Shown here: positions 49,820 through 63,448 of the stretch, piece by piece
How the letters are laid out: every line of letters starts with the position of its first letter
Numbering within the stretch: the first letter of the stretch is position 1
Assembly: GCF_003918875.1 (NCBI RefSeq)
Contig: NW_025765148.1
Location: 62,001-126,000, forward strand
Direction: 5' to 3'
DNA length: 64,000 nucleotides
Source of the DNA: Haliotis rubra
Taxonomy: Eukaryota
Translations under genes and position numbers: made by a program
Notes under the pieces: model-generated
Told to the model about the DNA's origin: nothing
The model's input: the letters and a program-made list of their open reading frames with translations, nothing else
Databases searched by the model: none

Positions 49820-51849
49820 GACTTTGTGTACCCCTCTGATAACTGTAAATTGGCACAGTTCCCACGGACGAAAGCTATGAATACACAATGCCATTCATGA
49901 TCTTTGTAGCAGTAGCGAGCACAAGTATCTAATTATGATGAGATTTGATAAAAAGTGGCCTTTGAAGTGATCACAATTTGAAATATTAGTAGCTGACATC
50001 AGTGCTGATCAAGTTTGTGAGTGAGTGAAATTTATGGCTTCACTCTGCCTTAATCATGACTTATACTATATCAAAGAATGGCACCTGTTTCAGGCTTAGA
50101 GGAAAGCCTGAAACAAACAGACCACAATCAGCACAGACATAGTAAATATTATTAAGTAGCATGGAGTCGTCTAGCTGCGATGACCTACATCCACATTGCC
50201 TTTACTCTGACAAGAAAATGTTTGTCCAACAGCAAGAATGAAGGACATAAAAATAACAAGTAATAATAACTACAACAATGAAATCTATGATGCAATTTGC
50301 AAATAAAGAATGAAGATAACAAGATGGTACACCTAGACATTTTTACAGGTAATGCTGGCAGTTCTGGAAGGAAACAACTTGAACTGTGCCAGTCACCAGG
50401 GGAGATGATACACAACCTGAAAACATTGGTAGCCAAGTTGAAAACATCCAGTATCCAGTGTATTGTATCTCCTCTCTCTTATGAAAATATCTGCGACTAT
50501 TCACCACCTCAAGTCATGTTTGACATGACACAAAAATAGCAATCCACTCAAATTACTGTATAAATGATTCCATGAAACACAATACCAACAGTATTCAAGC
50601 TAATGTTTTTTGCTTACCATCTTCAGTACACATGAGATTGATCATAATATTCTATCTTATGTAAACCCAGCTAAGCTAAGAAATAATTGTCCTTTCAAAA
50701 ATCTGTATTCAGATGGCAGTACAAGAGACTAAGATGGTGGTGTCACTTCAATATAAAGCCTAGGTGATGTGTATTTTACATATACAATATAATGAAGGTA
50801 CATTACACTGGATGCGAGAAGAGTCGCTGATTCAAGGTGTCACTTAAAGGGAATCCCCAAATCTAGCTTTACACACAACAGAAACCCACAAGGCATTATG
50901 AAGTTCCGAACAAAACAATTTCAGGATACTTCTTTAAAAATATAATTTGATAATGAAGGTGGCTATTCAGTTTTCCTCAGTAAATTAGGCTTTCCACTGC
51001 AAGCTTATATATACCCTCCTTGGCTAATACAATGATAAGAAAATATAACTTCTGTGTCTTGTTATATTGGTTACTTGGTTACTGATGAAAAGTAACCATA
51101 ACAAAGAAGGTTAAAATATATGAACAAAGTTGACATGTACACCACAGTACAAATACATCAATACTCTGACGCCCAGAGCCTTAAGATTATAAAACAAAAC
51201 TGACTCCAACCATTGTTTAGACTGACTGACTGAGTTTGGTTTTACACCGCTTTAGCAATTTAATATTCCAGCTACATCATGGCAGGGGAACACCAGAAAT
51301 GGGCTTCACACATTGTACCCATGTGGGGATTTGAACCCGGGTCTTCAGCATGACGAGCCAACCCTTTAAGAAGTCATGAAAGATTTGGAAAATCTACTGG
51401 AAAATCCACCGCCCCATCATTGTTTAGAAGTCATGAAAGATTTGGAAAATCTACTGCCTCAGCTCCAGACAGGTATTATGCTTGTTCTTGGCTCTATATG
51501 GATTTTACAGTTTGTAGATATTTATTCTTATAAAATTTATCTTTATTTCTATGACAATTTAAGTTTCAAAGTTAGTTTATATGGGTAGACTGGGACTAAG
51601 ATTTGCTTAAGCAAAGCCGAATATATGTCTTTGGCTTAAGCTACTGTCCACCACACAACTACTTATTGAGACCCAACAATGAAGAAGCCTCATAGCGTTT
51701 AAACAGCAAAATATACATCATTATCTGTAAAATATTACAGGTGAATAATAAACAAAATATTAGTCAAAAAGGTAATAAATTAAATATGTAAAACATGACT
51801 TTTCCATGACCAGATGAAGTAAAATATACACACAAAATATACAACACAG

Positions 51850-52083
51850 ATTCAACACATAAATAACAATTCAACACAAGTACAACATGATTCAACACAA
51901 GTACAACATGATTCAACACAAGTACAACATGATTCAACACAAACATGATTCAACACAAGTACAACATGATTCAACACAAGTACAACATGATTCAACACAA
52001 GTACAACATGATTCAACACAAGCACAACATGATTCAACACAAGTACAACATGATTCAACACAAGTACAACATGATTCAACACA
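51850..52083. repeat. 21-bp minisatellite (GATTCAACACAAGTACAACAT)
   Basis: Direct reading, about 11 copies. Confidence 0.95.
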
Positions 52084-52122
52084 TGCACATCGTCATTCAA
52101 AACACGAAAACATTAAAGCGAG

Positions 52123-52228
52123 AATTTATGGATGTCAACTTCATTCTTCATTCACCTGATGAAGGTGTAAGAATATACTCTGATATGTTGTGTTCCTCAA
52201 AATAAAGAAGTTGACATCCATAAGTTCA
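52123..52228 (+). mobile_element. Penelope-like pLTR remnant with inverted tail and decayed CUGAUGA hammerhead
   Basis: TTATGGATGTCAACTTC / GAAGTTGACATCCATAA inverted pair flanking CTGATGAAG...; AATAAA present. Confidence 0.65.
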
Positions 52229-53204
52229 CTTCTAAATGCTTTTTCAAGACACCACATAAAGCATTGATTCAACACATACACAACATTGATTCTAGTACTA
52301 GAATTTGCAGTTTACTTAGAACATTAAGACAGTGTTATCCCAAATATAACACATGGTTACATAGTCCTCCCATATGCATGGTAAACTGACTGAAGCTATT
52401 GATACAGATATATAACCGAGTCTTGCAATGATATAAGGATCTATATCAAAATGTTGCTGCAATAGGATAATAAAGGGTTGTGTCTACATTGTGTCTACTT
52501 TGGTAACAGACACTCAGTGTAGGTTGCTGGAGTCAACAAAGGTTGTCAACAGGGCAAGGGTTCACTTCTTATACTCATTGCTTGTTAATGTTTGCCAGCT
52601 GAAAAAGTTTGGATGATTAATAGAATCTTACTTTAATGTCTTTTCACATCAAATGCATCAACTCAAACTGTTTAAAACTGATGTTTCTTTCCACAGTAAG
52701 AGCATGTCTTGTATGTAAAAGGTACAGGTATGTACTCTAAAAACATATGTTAATGCCTTATGTTGACCTCCGCAGGTTTTCTGTCAGATTGAACACAACA
52801 TGCAGATTGTCAAAATTAGTACATTTATACAATATACATCTGAAACCTATCATCCAATATATTAATGTAGTTAATCTGTTTTGTTGTTGTTTAAAACTAC
52901 TCTCTGTAATAATCTCGTGGTCTGTAAGGAATCAAATCTGACGTCACAGTCATCGGTCTAGCAGCTGGGATACGATGACCCGCATCAACCAAGTCAGTAA
53001 GCTTGACCATCCGATACCAAGCATGTCTACAAGCAGGACAACATCTAACCTGGAACTCCACAGGTAAATATTTCACCTGTCATGACATGTATGATGAACT
53101 ACAGCAATATGAGAGAATAAACCATCGGTTTAGTAGTGGCAAGTGGTCCTGTGCACAGAGCTAAGGCCACAAATCAGTTGGCAACATTGAGCTCAGACAG
53201 TCCT

Positions 53205-53508
53205 TAGATTGGTGACCGTGTTTGGCAGCTTGACTCCTGAGAGTTTCTAGGACTTCGGTCCCCACAATGAAACACATGTGACTCATGTGGTCTCAACTTA
53301 GGCAAGCGAGTTTGTTCAAAATTGCCTCTGTTGACCCAGCAGAAAGTGGGTACCTGGTGGGACAAGTCATGTGACTAATAACCTAGCGCCTTACAGGCAG
53401 ATTTGGTCATCCAGGTTAATAATGTCTTAGCGCTTTGAGCATGCACAAGTGTGTGGAAAAGGCATGTTATAGATGGCCATTATTATTATTATTATTGTTA
53501 TTATTATT
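53205..53508 (+). mobile_element. Old CORE/MIR-like SINE with (TTA)n tail
   Basis: TTAGGCAAG...GCCTCTGT.GACCCAG...GGGTACC core-like segment; GCGCTTTGAG...; ATT-repeat tail. Confidence 0.55.
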
Positions 53509-54730
53509 TAGGAGCATTTTTGTTCTAGCATCTTTGTATTTTTGGCAAAGGAATATCATGGATAAAAGCTATAAACATACTGATCTGGTACTCTTATTAC
53601 TATACCTATCCTTGAATATGATAGATAAACTTTAAATGGCACAAACAAATAAACAATACAAATATTTAACTGATAAAAATAAATATATAAGCAAAAGATG
53701 GAAAATATAAAATTTCTTATCAGTGTCACGAAGCCATGACAGCAGAGACACAAATCCACTACAAACCCTCTCAGTTCAAATTTACATAACACAAGTTGTA
53801 AATAAATACAAACACAACAAATATGAATTATACTAGCAAAGGAATTCATCAATCTGTTTATATATATATTAGGGCATATCAAAGTGAATACACAGTTGTA
53901 CAGAAGGTATGTTTCATGTCACAACTGTCTTCACAGGAACAAGCCAAAGTTTCTCCAAAAACAAAAAGAATTATGCTTGAAATGCAGGAAATAGCTAAAA
54001 AAACAGCATAAATATTGAATCCTTAAAGCTTGTCATGTAGTTTCATATCATCTTTGTGTTGTCATGGTTACTGAAGTCATCAACAAGGTTTCACACAATT
54101 TCACCATTGACAATTAAAGATCTCTGAAATCATGTACAAGAGTATGTCAGTTCTGATGTCAATGTCCATACTCTTTTCTTCTCTCTCTTGTGCTCCTCTG
54201 TCAATCAACGGTAATGTTAAGCCTCAGGAATCTTAGAACTTTGGCCTTGAAAGTTGTGAAATCAAAACAGGAAATAAATACCTTTAGAAAGGTAAAAATA
54301 TAAATTAAATTAGATTCTAATAACATTTCAGGTTCATCTTATCAACATGGCTGATGGGATCTGTATGGGATCACACTGAGACGTCTAGATCATCGTGTAC
54401 TGTATTCCACACTGTTAATGCCAAGTGTCAAAAATCACCATCTACATCACTTGACAATGTAAACAACTTCAGGTGTCTTTATATGATTGCACATAGACAG
54501 GTTCTTCCCATCTCTAATGGACATAAACAAAGTATTCAAAAACTTAACCAAGTTTAAACCATAGGTAGTTCTAAACAAATATACCAATTCTTGAATATGT
54601 TTTGCTCTATGTGTAATATGTTTTTTCTTTCCAAAATGATAAAGCTCAACTCCATAGTAACTTTACACGACATCTGAGACGGGACAAAAGTATGAAGTAC
54701 TTGATGTTGCTGATTCTCATGCTGCTGCAT

Positions 54731-54770
54731 ATGATGATGGTGAAGATAATGATGATGATGATGATGATGA
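54731..54770. repeat. (GAT)n microsatellite in the KCTD 3'UTR
   Basis: Direct reading. Confidence 0.85.
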
Positions 54771-54831
54771 TTTGTTCTGTCGCACATTAATTCTCAATGA
54801 AAATAGTATCACTGCACAATGTTCACCACAT

Positions 54832-55745
54832 CTAAAAGTTTGCACTATGAAGACGATGATGGTTTGGCGAGGGTACTTTGTCACTTTCCAACCAATTAAA
54901 GTTGAAAATGTGAATACTCGCAAACACATGAAACTGGTCATCGCACCATGTGACTGTCTTAATTTTGTGTTCCTCGTGAATACTTTCCGGTCGACAGTTC
55001 CCACTGTAACCATCACGCTTTAAGTCAAAGAGAATACAATTGGCCACTTCATTCATTACTAAATCAGGCTGACCTTTGACTTTGTCTGCTGGGACTTGAA
55101 TAAAATATTTCTCGAGACACTCTTCAAAAGTATCATATGTCCGAAATCTGCGATAGAACTGCTTATAAACCTGCTTCGAGAACTGTAGGTCACGTGGAAT
55201 GGGTTGGTTCTTGGTAACGACTAGACGCACAGTTGACTTGATGGCTCCAGTTTGACGGACTTGATCCTTAGCCAAGTTGATGATATCATCTTTAATATCA
55301 TGGTATTTCACAAGCTTTGAACGTAAGTTCTCCCTCACTACGTATTCTGTGAATAATGCCGGGGAACTTTTGAGATGATCGATAAGTGGATCTATCCCAT
55401 AATACACAGCATCCTTGAGAATTTCCTCCGCCAGATCGGCTGGTGGTGGGTCGTCATGACGTAGGAAGTTGAGGATGTGATGAAAATGGGTTCCATCACG
55501 GTCGATAAAGTAGTTGCCGTCGGGGTCTGTGTCCAAGTTATGTCGTCCACTGAACATTACGGCAAGCATGGATTCGGGATAGCGACGTAATGTTGACAAC
55601 CGGGTGGCAAAATGTTTTCCTCCAACATTGAGGGTGACCACACTTGGAAACTGTTCAATGACAAGAAAAGGCAACTTTAGTGAATACATTTAACAAATGA
55701 GCACATGTGATTTCAAATTACCTGCCCTTGATTTTCATTAAACAT
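54832..55745 (-). CDS. KCTD7: BTB/POZ (T1) domain protein, KCTD7/KCTD14-like, about 280 aa
   Basis: Exons 55745-55722 (MFNENQGQ) and 55650-54832, 71-bp intron. Motif FPSVVTLNVGG..F.TRLSTLRRYPESMLAVMFSGRH...YFIDRDG..F..ILNFLR. Exact paralog uncertain. A possible 5'UTR exon donor lies near 60505. Confidence 0.8.
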
Positions 55746-57525
55746 TTCAAGCAGATTTGTGTCACTACTCAGTCTAACAGACCAATCAGAATGCGAGCTG
55801 CAAACTTGGGCTTGGCGATATCAACAACATGGTGGCAGGTCTCTTAAGAATTACAATGTATGCCAAAAATTCAAAATTGAAAAATTGAAATGTCTTCTGG
55901 TGGAAAGAATGTCTTCTGTCCATTAAAACTGAGGTGCAAGTCCTGTCTCCTTTGATTTGAGAATATTTTTTGCTGCAGATTTGGGATTATATTTCAGCCT
56001 CTGAGCATGATGAATATACTTTACAGTGTGAAAATATATAACACAGTACATTAAAGCAATATTCACACTCGAGGTGCGTCTCATCAAGTCTCATAATAGA
56101 ACACGATGATTATTCAAGTACATTCATTTATAATTTAATTCCAAAGGGTAAACTTTATTTCCTTAAGATGCATTTTCATTCAGTAGACCACAAACTTCAA
56201 CTGAAAAGGACATACATGTACATTAAATATTTTTAAGTGTCTCATGTCACAAATCAAAGTAAAACCTACATTTCTATCCCTGCACGAAACACTACCTGTA
56301 GTGAGAATGTGTATCCTGGTGGATGTACATGCCATGTTCTGTTTTCCTCTGTAGTTATGACACTTGTCAGATTTATCACCAACTACTGGACACCTCTCAA
56401 CATTAGCCAGGCCATAAAGTCTCAAACAGGAAATTATTTGTCACTTTTAGTTAAAAAAGTAAACATTTATGGCCATGATGAATAATTCCATCACAAGCTC
56501 ATTGCATTAAATGCAACAATAAAATACAATGCTAAAAGCCATCAGAATTTAAGACAAAATAACACCTTTGATAAAATCTAAAATTTTAACAAAATAATCA
56601 TTTTTTCCCAATTTGCCTACCAAAGGCACATAGTCCAGAATCCTAGAAAAAGCCCTGCAACTGTTGAGAGGATGATAACAGTAGTTACTTTGGCAACCAG
56701 TTTTTGCTATTGACTGCACAACTGAACTTACTCTGTGATTGGCCTAAAATTGTTATAGCATCACATCCTCCTTGGCACATCAGCATGTTTAGTATCTATG
56801 GTTACCAGGACCCTACAATATCTACCATAATCATATGTAGTGAGTCAGTATGTTTTTATGCTGCTTTTAGCAATATTCCAGCAATATCACACCAGGGTGA
56901 CACCAGATATGGGCATCACACATTGCACCCATGTGGGTAAATGAACCAAGGTCTTTGGTGTAATGAGGAAATGTTTTACCCACTACCCCACTACAGCATA
57001 ATAGTATCAATTTACTGCCATGTACATATATAGTATATACGATACAGTAGGAACAAACATGTTATGACTTATACAGGGTCACCCTTTGCTTTGTCTCTAA
57101 ATATCAAGAGCCAAAGTATTATATTGGGTCTAGTATGGTAAATAACTGAAGGAGTTTGGGTCACCAATAAAACTCATAAAACCAATAACCTAGTAACAGC
57201 ACCTGTAGAGTGAGTGAGTGTGTGTACATAATCCTTTGTTCATTGTCTTGTCGACCTGCTGCACATTACACACAAGGAAACATTATAACATACAATTCTT
57301 AATCTGCCAACATACACTGTAGCTCACCAGGACATGTTTATAATCACTTATATAAATTGTACAGAGTATTTAAGAGCTATAAAGTATATTATGTGCAAAA
57401 ATACCCTAAGACTGACTCATACAAGTACTTGGGAACATTTATATACTCATAAATGATAAATGGAGATTATTACTCTTGCATATTTCCATATCTTAAATAT
57501 TTGATACAGCTGTATTATGTTAGGA

Positions 57526-57652
57526 GACTGACTGAGTTTTACACTTTTAGCAATATTCAGCAATATCATGGTATGGGGACACCAGAAATGGGACACATTG
57601 TGCCTGGGGATTATTAGCCAACGCTTCTAACCATTAGGCTACCCCACCGCCC
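57526..57652 (-). mobile_element. SINE family A, deleted copy
   Basis: 13-bp TSD TATTATGTTAGGA (57513-57525, 57653-57665). Confidence 0.85.
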
Positions 57653-60600
57653 TATTATGTTAGGAAAATGAACAACAACACTTATTTGAGAGCATAGAGC
57701 AACAATGAGCAATGTCAGCAATGTGAGGGTCAGCAACATTTTGAGAAACATTAGGGGAGGGTAACTATTTTGAGTACATATCTATCATTCCACCACCTCT
57801 AAAAATCATCATAATAAATGACAAGTTTCTCTATTAGCTAAAAGTGCAAATGTACTCATATATTCTTTCTATATTTATAATTTTGACAGAAATATCTGAC
57901 AGAAATAAATATATATACACATTAATGAATAAAAAGCAACAAAATAAGGGCAGTCAAATGTAGGCTGAACTGAAATGTTTTAAGTCAAACCTTGTCCATC
58001 GTTCTATGTTCCTGTGACAAGTACGTCCACAAATGACTGTCACTGCATGTGATACACACACTATCGTGCCCAGGTTTTCAACCATGCAAGCACAAACTGC
58101 CCCATGAGCTGCCTACTGAACCATGAACCTCAGAGCTGCAGGTACTTTGCGTTTCCCTATCATCTGTGCATTATCTGCTTAATGACATTTTGCCTCCAGT
58201 GAAAGGTCATAGTTCATTTCCTCCCAACATTACATAGACACTTTCAAGTTGTAATAAAAGTTATAGGATGGTGTAAAAATGAAACTCGTTCTTTCATAAC
58301 TACTCCACATTTCTAATATATTATCACACAGATTGAATGATACAGAGTGTCTTTGGAAACTGATAGGCACATTAAGTGATTCCACATATTCTATGCATTT
58401 CTTCCTGCAATTACTTTTACCTTTGATGATGATGATGATTTTAGTTAGTTATTTAATTAGTTAGTTTACAGGATATAATCCAGGTGATTAAGAAAACAGA
58501 ACTGAGTTAATTTACAAGTTGGATTAACTGCAGTTTTCTTTTTCCTTCACTGAACTTTAATAAAATCAAATAAAATGGCTGAAATATATTTCTTACACAC
58601 TCATGTGAGTGTGTGTTTGCTTGCGTGCGTGCAAGTGTGTATTTTTGAAAATAGGTATACATGTACATGTATTTACCATTTGTTAAATGTCAGCAATCTG
58701 GAACCATCTTAAACAATGAAACAATGATTAACCAAATCTATTCTCAGTACAACTTGCAACAGTATGTGTTGCCATAAAATATCGTAACAGGGACATAATC
58801 ATGTAAATCAGCCCACAACTTTTGTAAAAAGTCCTTTTATACATACAGTTTCCTTGATAAAATCCTCGATCCTATCACTATATAAAATGTGCATGTCTCA
58901 AACTACCTTTGATTTAGCCACCAGTAGATATTTCACAACTATTGACATGGTTAACACGGTATACTTGGAGCGTGAAAGACCTTATTCAATATTGCTAGGA
59001 CTGTCACTTAGTCTGACCTAACCTCAATATCTCCAAATCTCTGAAAGCAAGTCTAGTACTACATGGATGTTATTTATGAATAACAGGTCTCCACTACACA
59101 TACACAAAATATTATTATTTTCCACATAAAAAACAAAGCTAGGGTTCTCTTTAAGCCTGTGTTTAATAAACATATTTTGTGCAGAACAGAATGACTGATT
59201 CAGTTCTCAAACCAAAAGGATAGAGATCCGCCATTAAACCAACAATGCAAGCACTGCAAACGGCTTAATTAATTTATAGAATTGCTTTGCCTACCTAGTA
59301 GTACTGCTGTCTCAACTTGCACAGTCCATTCATGTGTTTTACATCTGTTTCATTTTAGATAAATCTACACATTCAGATAAAAATATATCATGAAAATGTT
59401 AACATTCATTCAGAAAATATCGTCACACATTCAAAACTACAAAAGGTACATTAGTTTACATATTTATCTACCTACCATCAAAGCCATACTGACAATCACT
59501 TTGATGTGTAAAGCTACATTGTCCTGCACTTAACTGTCATAATAATTATCAACACAACATGTCAGCACACACATAAGAAGGCTTGTCTGTTCTTATTGCA
59601 GAGTAAATGCATTTGTTACAAATATAAGAAAAGTCTGGTCCTGTGATAAGTTGCTATCTGTGTTTACTCGAACAGAAACATCCCTCATTGAATAAAGCAA
59701 TGTGCCCAGTAAGATAGGAGGTTACCATGCAGTTATTCGGATTGTTTACTAACAATCCTTCAGAACGGTAGATTTCCCTTTAAACAAGTTTAATACAACA
59801 AATACGGTAAACTAGTTTTGCAGAACGATTTGGATTATATTTCATGTATAATAATAACACGCTTTTAAACAAACATTTAGGATTATTTTTCCTCATAAGA
59901 TAACATGCATCATGATAGCATACAACGTGGTAAGCATCAAAATACAGAACTTTGCAGTGCTACGTCACAAAGTCTGAAGCGAAATCCGCTGGCATAGTAT
60001 AATGACGGATAATTGTGTTGCAGCTATTTTCTTTCTGGCTTGTATGTAGACCCGGCTAACTAACCGTAACTGTAGGCGAGGTATCCGTGTTTCCATCAGC
60101 TTCCTCGCCCATTCTTGTTTATTTATTTCTAGTACCACCTTGTTTTGACAAGGGATATAACTCAACATACAATAACATGTGCTTGCCGCTAGAAATACGA
60201 CTTTGTTCACTAGAAAACAAGAACGATGATGTCTGGACAACATTCTCACTGCGAGCGAGTGGATTTGGTGATGAATGTTTATGCGATATCTACTAGTAGC
60301 TTATACACATAAAGTTATGAAAACACATTTAACTAAGGTTATAGGCTCGGATTTATTGAAATCCAAGCAACTGTCGTTCGGGTTACTGGAATCAAAAGCA
60401 ACTTTGTACACTGCTGTCTTCAACTTATCATGTATACAAATTACTCCAGTTATTATTACCAGGGAGACTATAGTATCCCTGTTATTACACTGGAAATAAT
60501 TACCTCACGTGACAAAATCTCAAGGCAGGCTTGTTAACAGTTTAATCAGCTTTCACGTACGTCTGTTTACTTGTGAACTTTGTTTAGAAAGGAGCTCATG

Positions 60601-60839
60601 GCGTCAGTCACTGGATTATCTGGTCCACACGCGATTATTTGTAACAGGAAAATTGCTGAGCAACAAATAAACGAATAACAAAAAAAAGTTTAAACGTTTA
60701 GAGATGCTGACAACTTTGAAAGTAATTTCCAGCAAGACATATTAATTGTTTTGATGGAGTAAATAATCTTTCTAGAGAAACACGTACATTATGGAAACTG
60801 TGAAGACAAAGCCCAAACTTTAATATTAAAAGTTGATAA

Positions 60840-60965
60840 ATCTGTCTCGCAGCCCCTGGACCACATTATTTTCCCTACTGCCTAGCCCTTCCTGCAATGC
60901 TAGAGCTCTAAATGAAGCAAGTCTAGATTTCCTCATGCCATATCTCACTGGCGCTCCTTTTCAAA
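60840..60965 (+). repeat. Dispersed repeat, also present at about 1260-1393
   Basis: Both sites read TCTGTCTC.CAG.CCCTG.ACCACATTA.TTTCCCTACTGCC...AGCAAGTCTAGATTTCCTCA. Confidence 0.8.
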
Positions 60966-61398
60966 CTAAAACTTGACCAGCAAAGCTGCAATGTTAACGC
61001 TCGTCACGCCGAAAACCCGGGTTCGATTCCCCAAATGGGTACAATGTGTGAAGCCCTTTTCTGGTGTCCCCCATCGTGATATTGCTGGAATATTGCTAAA
61101 AGCTAAAACTCGCTCGCTCGATGCAATTTTAGCGTGCACGAAGAACGTGTTACACGCTGCACAGTTGACTCAGCGTTCCATGTGTGCAGAGTTGCGCCCC
61201 TTGGTGACGTCAGAAACCTATGATCGTTCTGTGTCTGTAGGGTTCAGCACTATACCCATGTATGTGAGTTTCGCCAACGTGGTGGACGTACGTCTGAGAC
61301 CAGCATCACTTCAGACTTCACTATCACATCAAGATGAATCGGCGTTCCATATTAGAAATACTGGCCTAATTTAAGTGGCCTTCAAGCCAGTTCACTAA

Positions 61399-61767
61399 CA
61401 GTGTGAGAAATAACCACTGGCCCGCTAGCCCGTGGCAGTAAAATCCAGCCGGGCCAGTAAATCTCCACAGTCACTGGCCCGAGTGACAAGTGAACTGTTA
61501 TGGGGTCGTTTTGTAAATAAATCACTCCCTCCATCTTGTTAAGTTAATACACCTTTAAATCATGCAAGATTATGGTCTGATCAAAATGTTCATCATATTA
61601 GCAGCTTGTGATGCCGACAATATCTTATTCTCATCTATTTTCGTATTCTCTTGCTTATTTTCAACGTTCAAATTTCGGGTTAGAGAATTATTTTGTGGGC
61701 TAGTAAGCTTCTGACATATTAGGTAGCCCGACCGGCTCGCAAAATTTGGAAACTATTTCGTACACTG
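61399..61767. mobile_element. hAT-like MITE
   Basis: CAGTGTGAGAAATA / TATTTCGTACACTG; subterminal GCCCG motifs; partial 8-bp TSD (..ACTAA). Confidence 0.7.
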
Positions 61768-61789
61768 CCTACTAACCACACGGAACATA

Positions 61790-62219
61790 TACTACCCATT
61801 AAAAGTTTAGACTCACTTAAAGCACTCACTATATGTTGTGTATATATATGTGGTTACATTGAAGATGAATTTCTCCACTAACTTGGGGCAAGCAACTGCA
61901 AACCTTGCGCAGATGAATTGCACGAGGATCATGCATCAAATTAGAGATAAGCATGTGCAAATATCGTGCATGTGACCAGCTGCGTTTTTGTGTAAAGTTT
62001 TGTTAAAATTTCGCCAATTCTCACTGAGTTTCATCATTTACTGAACTCATGACAATAATCTTTTCAACATTGCGAATTTGTTTTACAATACCTCAGTTCA
62101 TTTGTAACCAGTACCTTTAAACAGTATGGAATATTTTGCAAAAACCTAGTTTAGAACAGTTGACTGAAGTATAAGTGCCTACATTTCCACTAGTGAGTCT
62201 AAACTTTTGATGGGTAGTA
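61790..62219. mobile_element. Tc1-like MITE
   Basis: TIR TACTACCCATTAAAAGTTTAGACTCAC / GTGAGTCTAAACTTTTGATGGGTAGTA; TA flanks. Confidence 0.88.
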
Positions 62220-62317
62220 TATATTATGATCGTTTCAGTCACTCCTGACTGTCACACTCCCATTGAAAGAGACCTTGCTTTCTCCTTCATTTAACAAACA
62301 TATTGATCAAAGTTCTG

Positions 62318-62497
62318 TCAGCTTTCTGCCTAGCCTATTATGTTAATTATGTTGTTTTCTTTGTTACATTGTTATATCCAGTATATATATACTTCCCCCT
62401 TCTTCATGTTCCATTATGCTTGACAACGGTACAAGAATCTACCGAAACGTCGCACTCACGAATAAAAGAAGTTGTTATCCATAAAGTTTGTTCTATA
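62318..62497 (+). mobile_element. Penelope-like solo pLTR
   Basis: Near-identical to the reverse complement of 12449-12630; hammerhead motif followed by AATAAA. Confidence 0.8.
62417..62454 (+). ncRNA. Minimal type I hammerhead ribozyme motif, U3-A8 variant
   Basis: TGC-TTGACAA-C-GGTA(CAAGAATC)TACC-GAAAC-GTC-GCA: core, stem II, palindromic stem III and 3-bp stem I. Confidence 0.65.
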
Positions 62498-63149
62498 AAG
62501 GTCTATCTTTGCTTTAGTTTTTAATATAAATATGATACGAGTTTCAATAGTACTGTTCACTTTCCATGAAAACCAACGCGAGTTGCAAGAAATACCAGAA
62601 AACGTCTTATCCCGAGAGGAAGTGTAACGTATTATATTCTCAGCGACATCACGTAAAAATATAGAGATTTTAAATGCAAAGAATGTGATAAATAAACCGA
62701 GTTTTTGTTGGCTTGTTGTTGAATATATCTAACATCGGATTTAAAAATGGGTTAATAAAAGCGTTCATTTATAAATATGTCAACCGGTAAACTGGTATAT
62801 TCTGGTATATAAAATATATTATTTTGCGCTACCCTACATGATTGGAACTTCATGTAGGTGAAATCTTTGCGTATACGGTATATATTTTTAATTACAATAT
62901 ATTTACACTCGTACTTTTCCTGTCTGAATTTAATATTGTAATAATTGTATCATCAGCATACATGCCAGCTTTGGAAGTTTAAATATATAAGTTACATCGC
63001 ACATAGCACTTTGTAAGCATGTGCAACAAAACAAGGAGAGATTGACCTATTAAACGAGGGCCGAATGGTGGGGATACGGTAACCACAGTCAGAAGAAGAC
63101 CCAGCTGCCATGCTGACAAGCATTTATATCCATCCTGTCAATCAATCTC

Positions 63150-63260
63150 ATTTTCAGAAGGTTAACTTTCACTCAGCCAATCACAACTCAGTTAACTCAG
63201 AAGTGAGCCAATCACATAATCCGTTACAATCACACCGATATTTCCACAAATATGGCCGAC
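63150..63260 (+). promoter_or_regulatory. MED19 promoter
   Basis: Two AGCCAATCACA CCAAT boxes about 30 bp apart (about 63175, about 63206); YY1-like AAATATGGCCG just before the start codon. Confidence 0.7.
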
Positions 63261-63261
63261 A

Positions 63262-63448
63262 ATGATGGCTGATCCTCTTCGTCGACCTGACCAAGTGTCT
63301 CCTAAGTCGAGCCCCCGGGACAGGGGCTCGAGGTCCCCAGCCTACCCTAGACAAGACTCAACAGGGACCCTCAAGACAACCATAAGCCTGGGAAAAATCC
63401 CTTCCGTTATTCACACCGGACCCTTCTACTTGATGAAAGATGTTCCGG
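63262..63448 (+). CDS. MED19: Mediator subunit 19, first coding exon; gene continues beyond the window
   Basis: SPKSSPR...RSP...RQDSTGTLKTTISLGK.PS.IHTGPFYLMK matches the invertebrate MED19 N-terminus; donor G-GTAAGA at 63449. Confidence 0.9.

Noticed and set aside
48200-54700. Short ORFs between NIF3L1 and the KCTD gene
   Set aside because: AT-rich UTR/intergenic sequence with no recognisable motifs or consistent exon structure.
55651-55689. ORF-track N-terminus of the KCTD protein (MYSLKLPFLVIEQ)
   Set aside because: It reads through a polypyrimidine tract and acceptor; an in-phase upstream exon (55745-55722) explains the start better.
55786-55836. GCCACCATG 14-codon uORF upstream of the KCTD gene
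   Set aside because: It probably starts in an intron (acceptor TTTGCAG near 55799); no support that it is in the mRNA.
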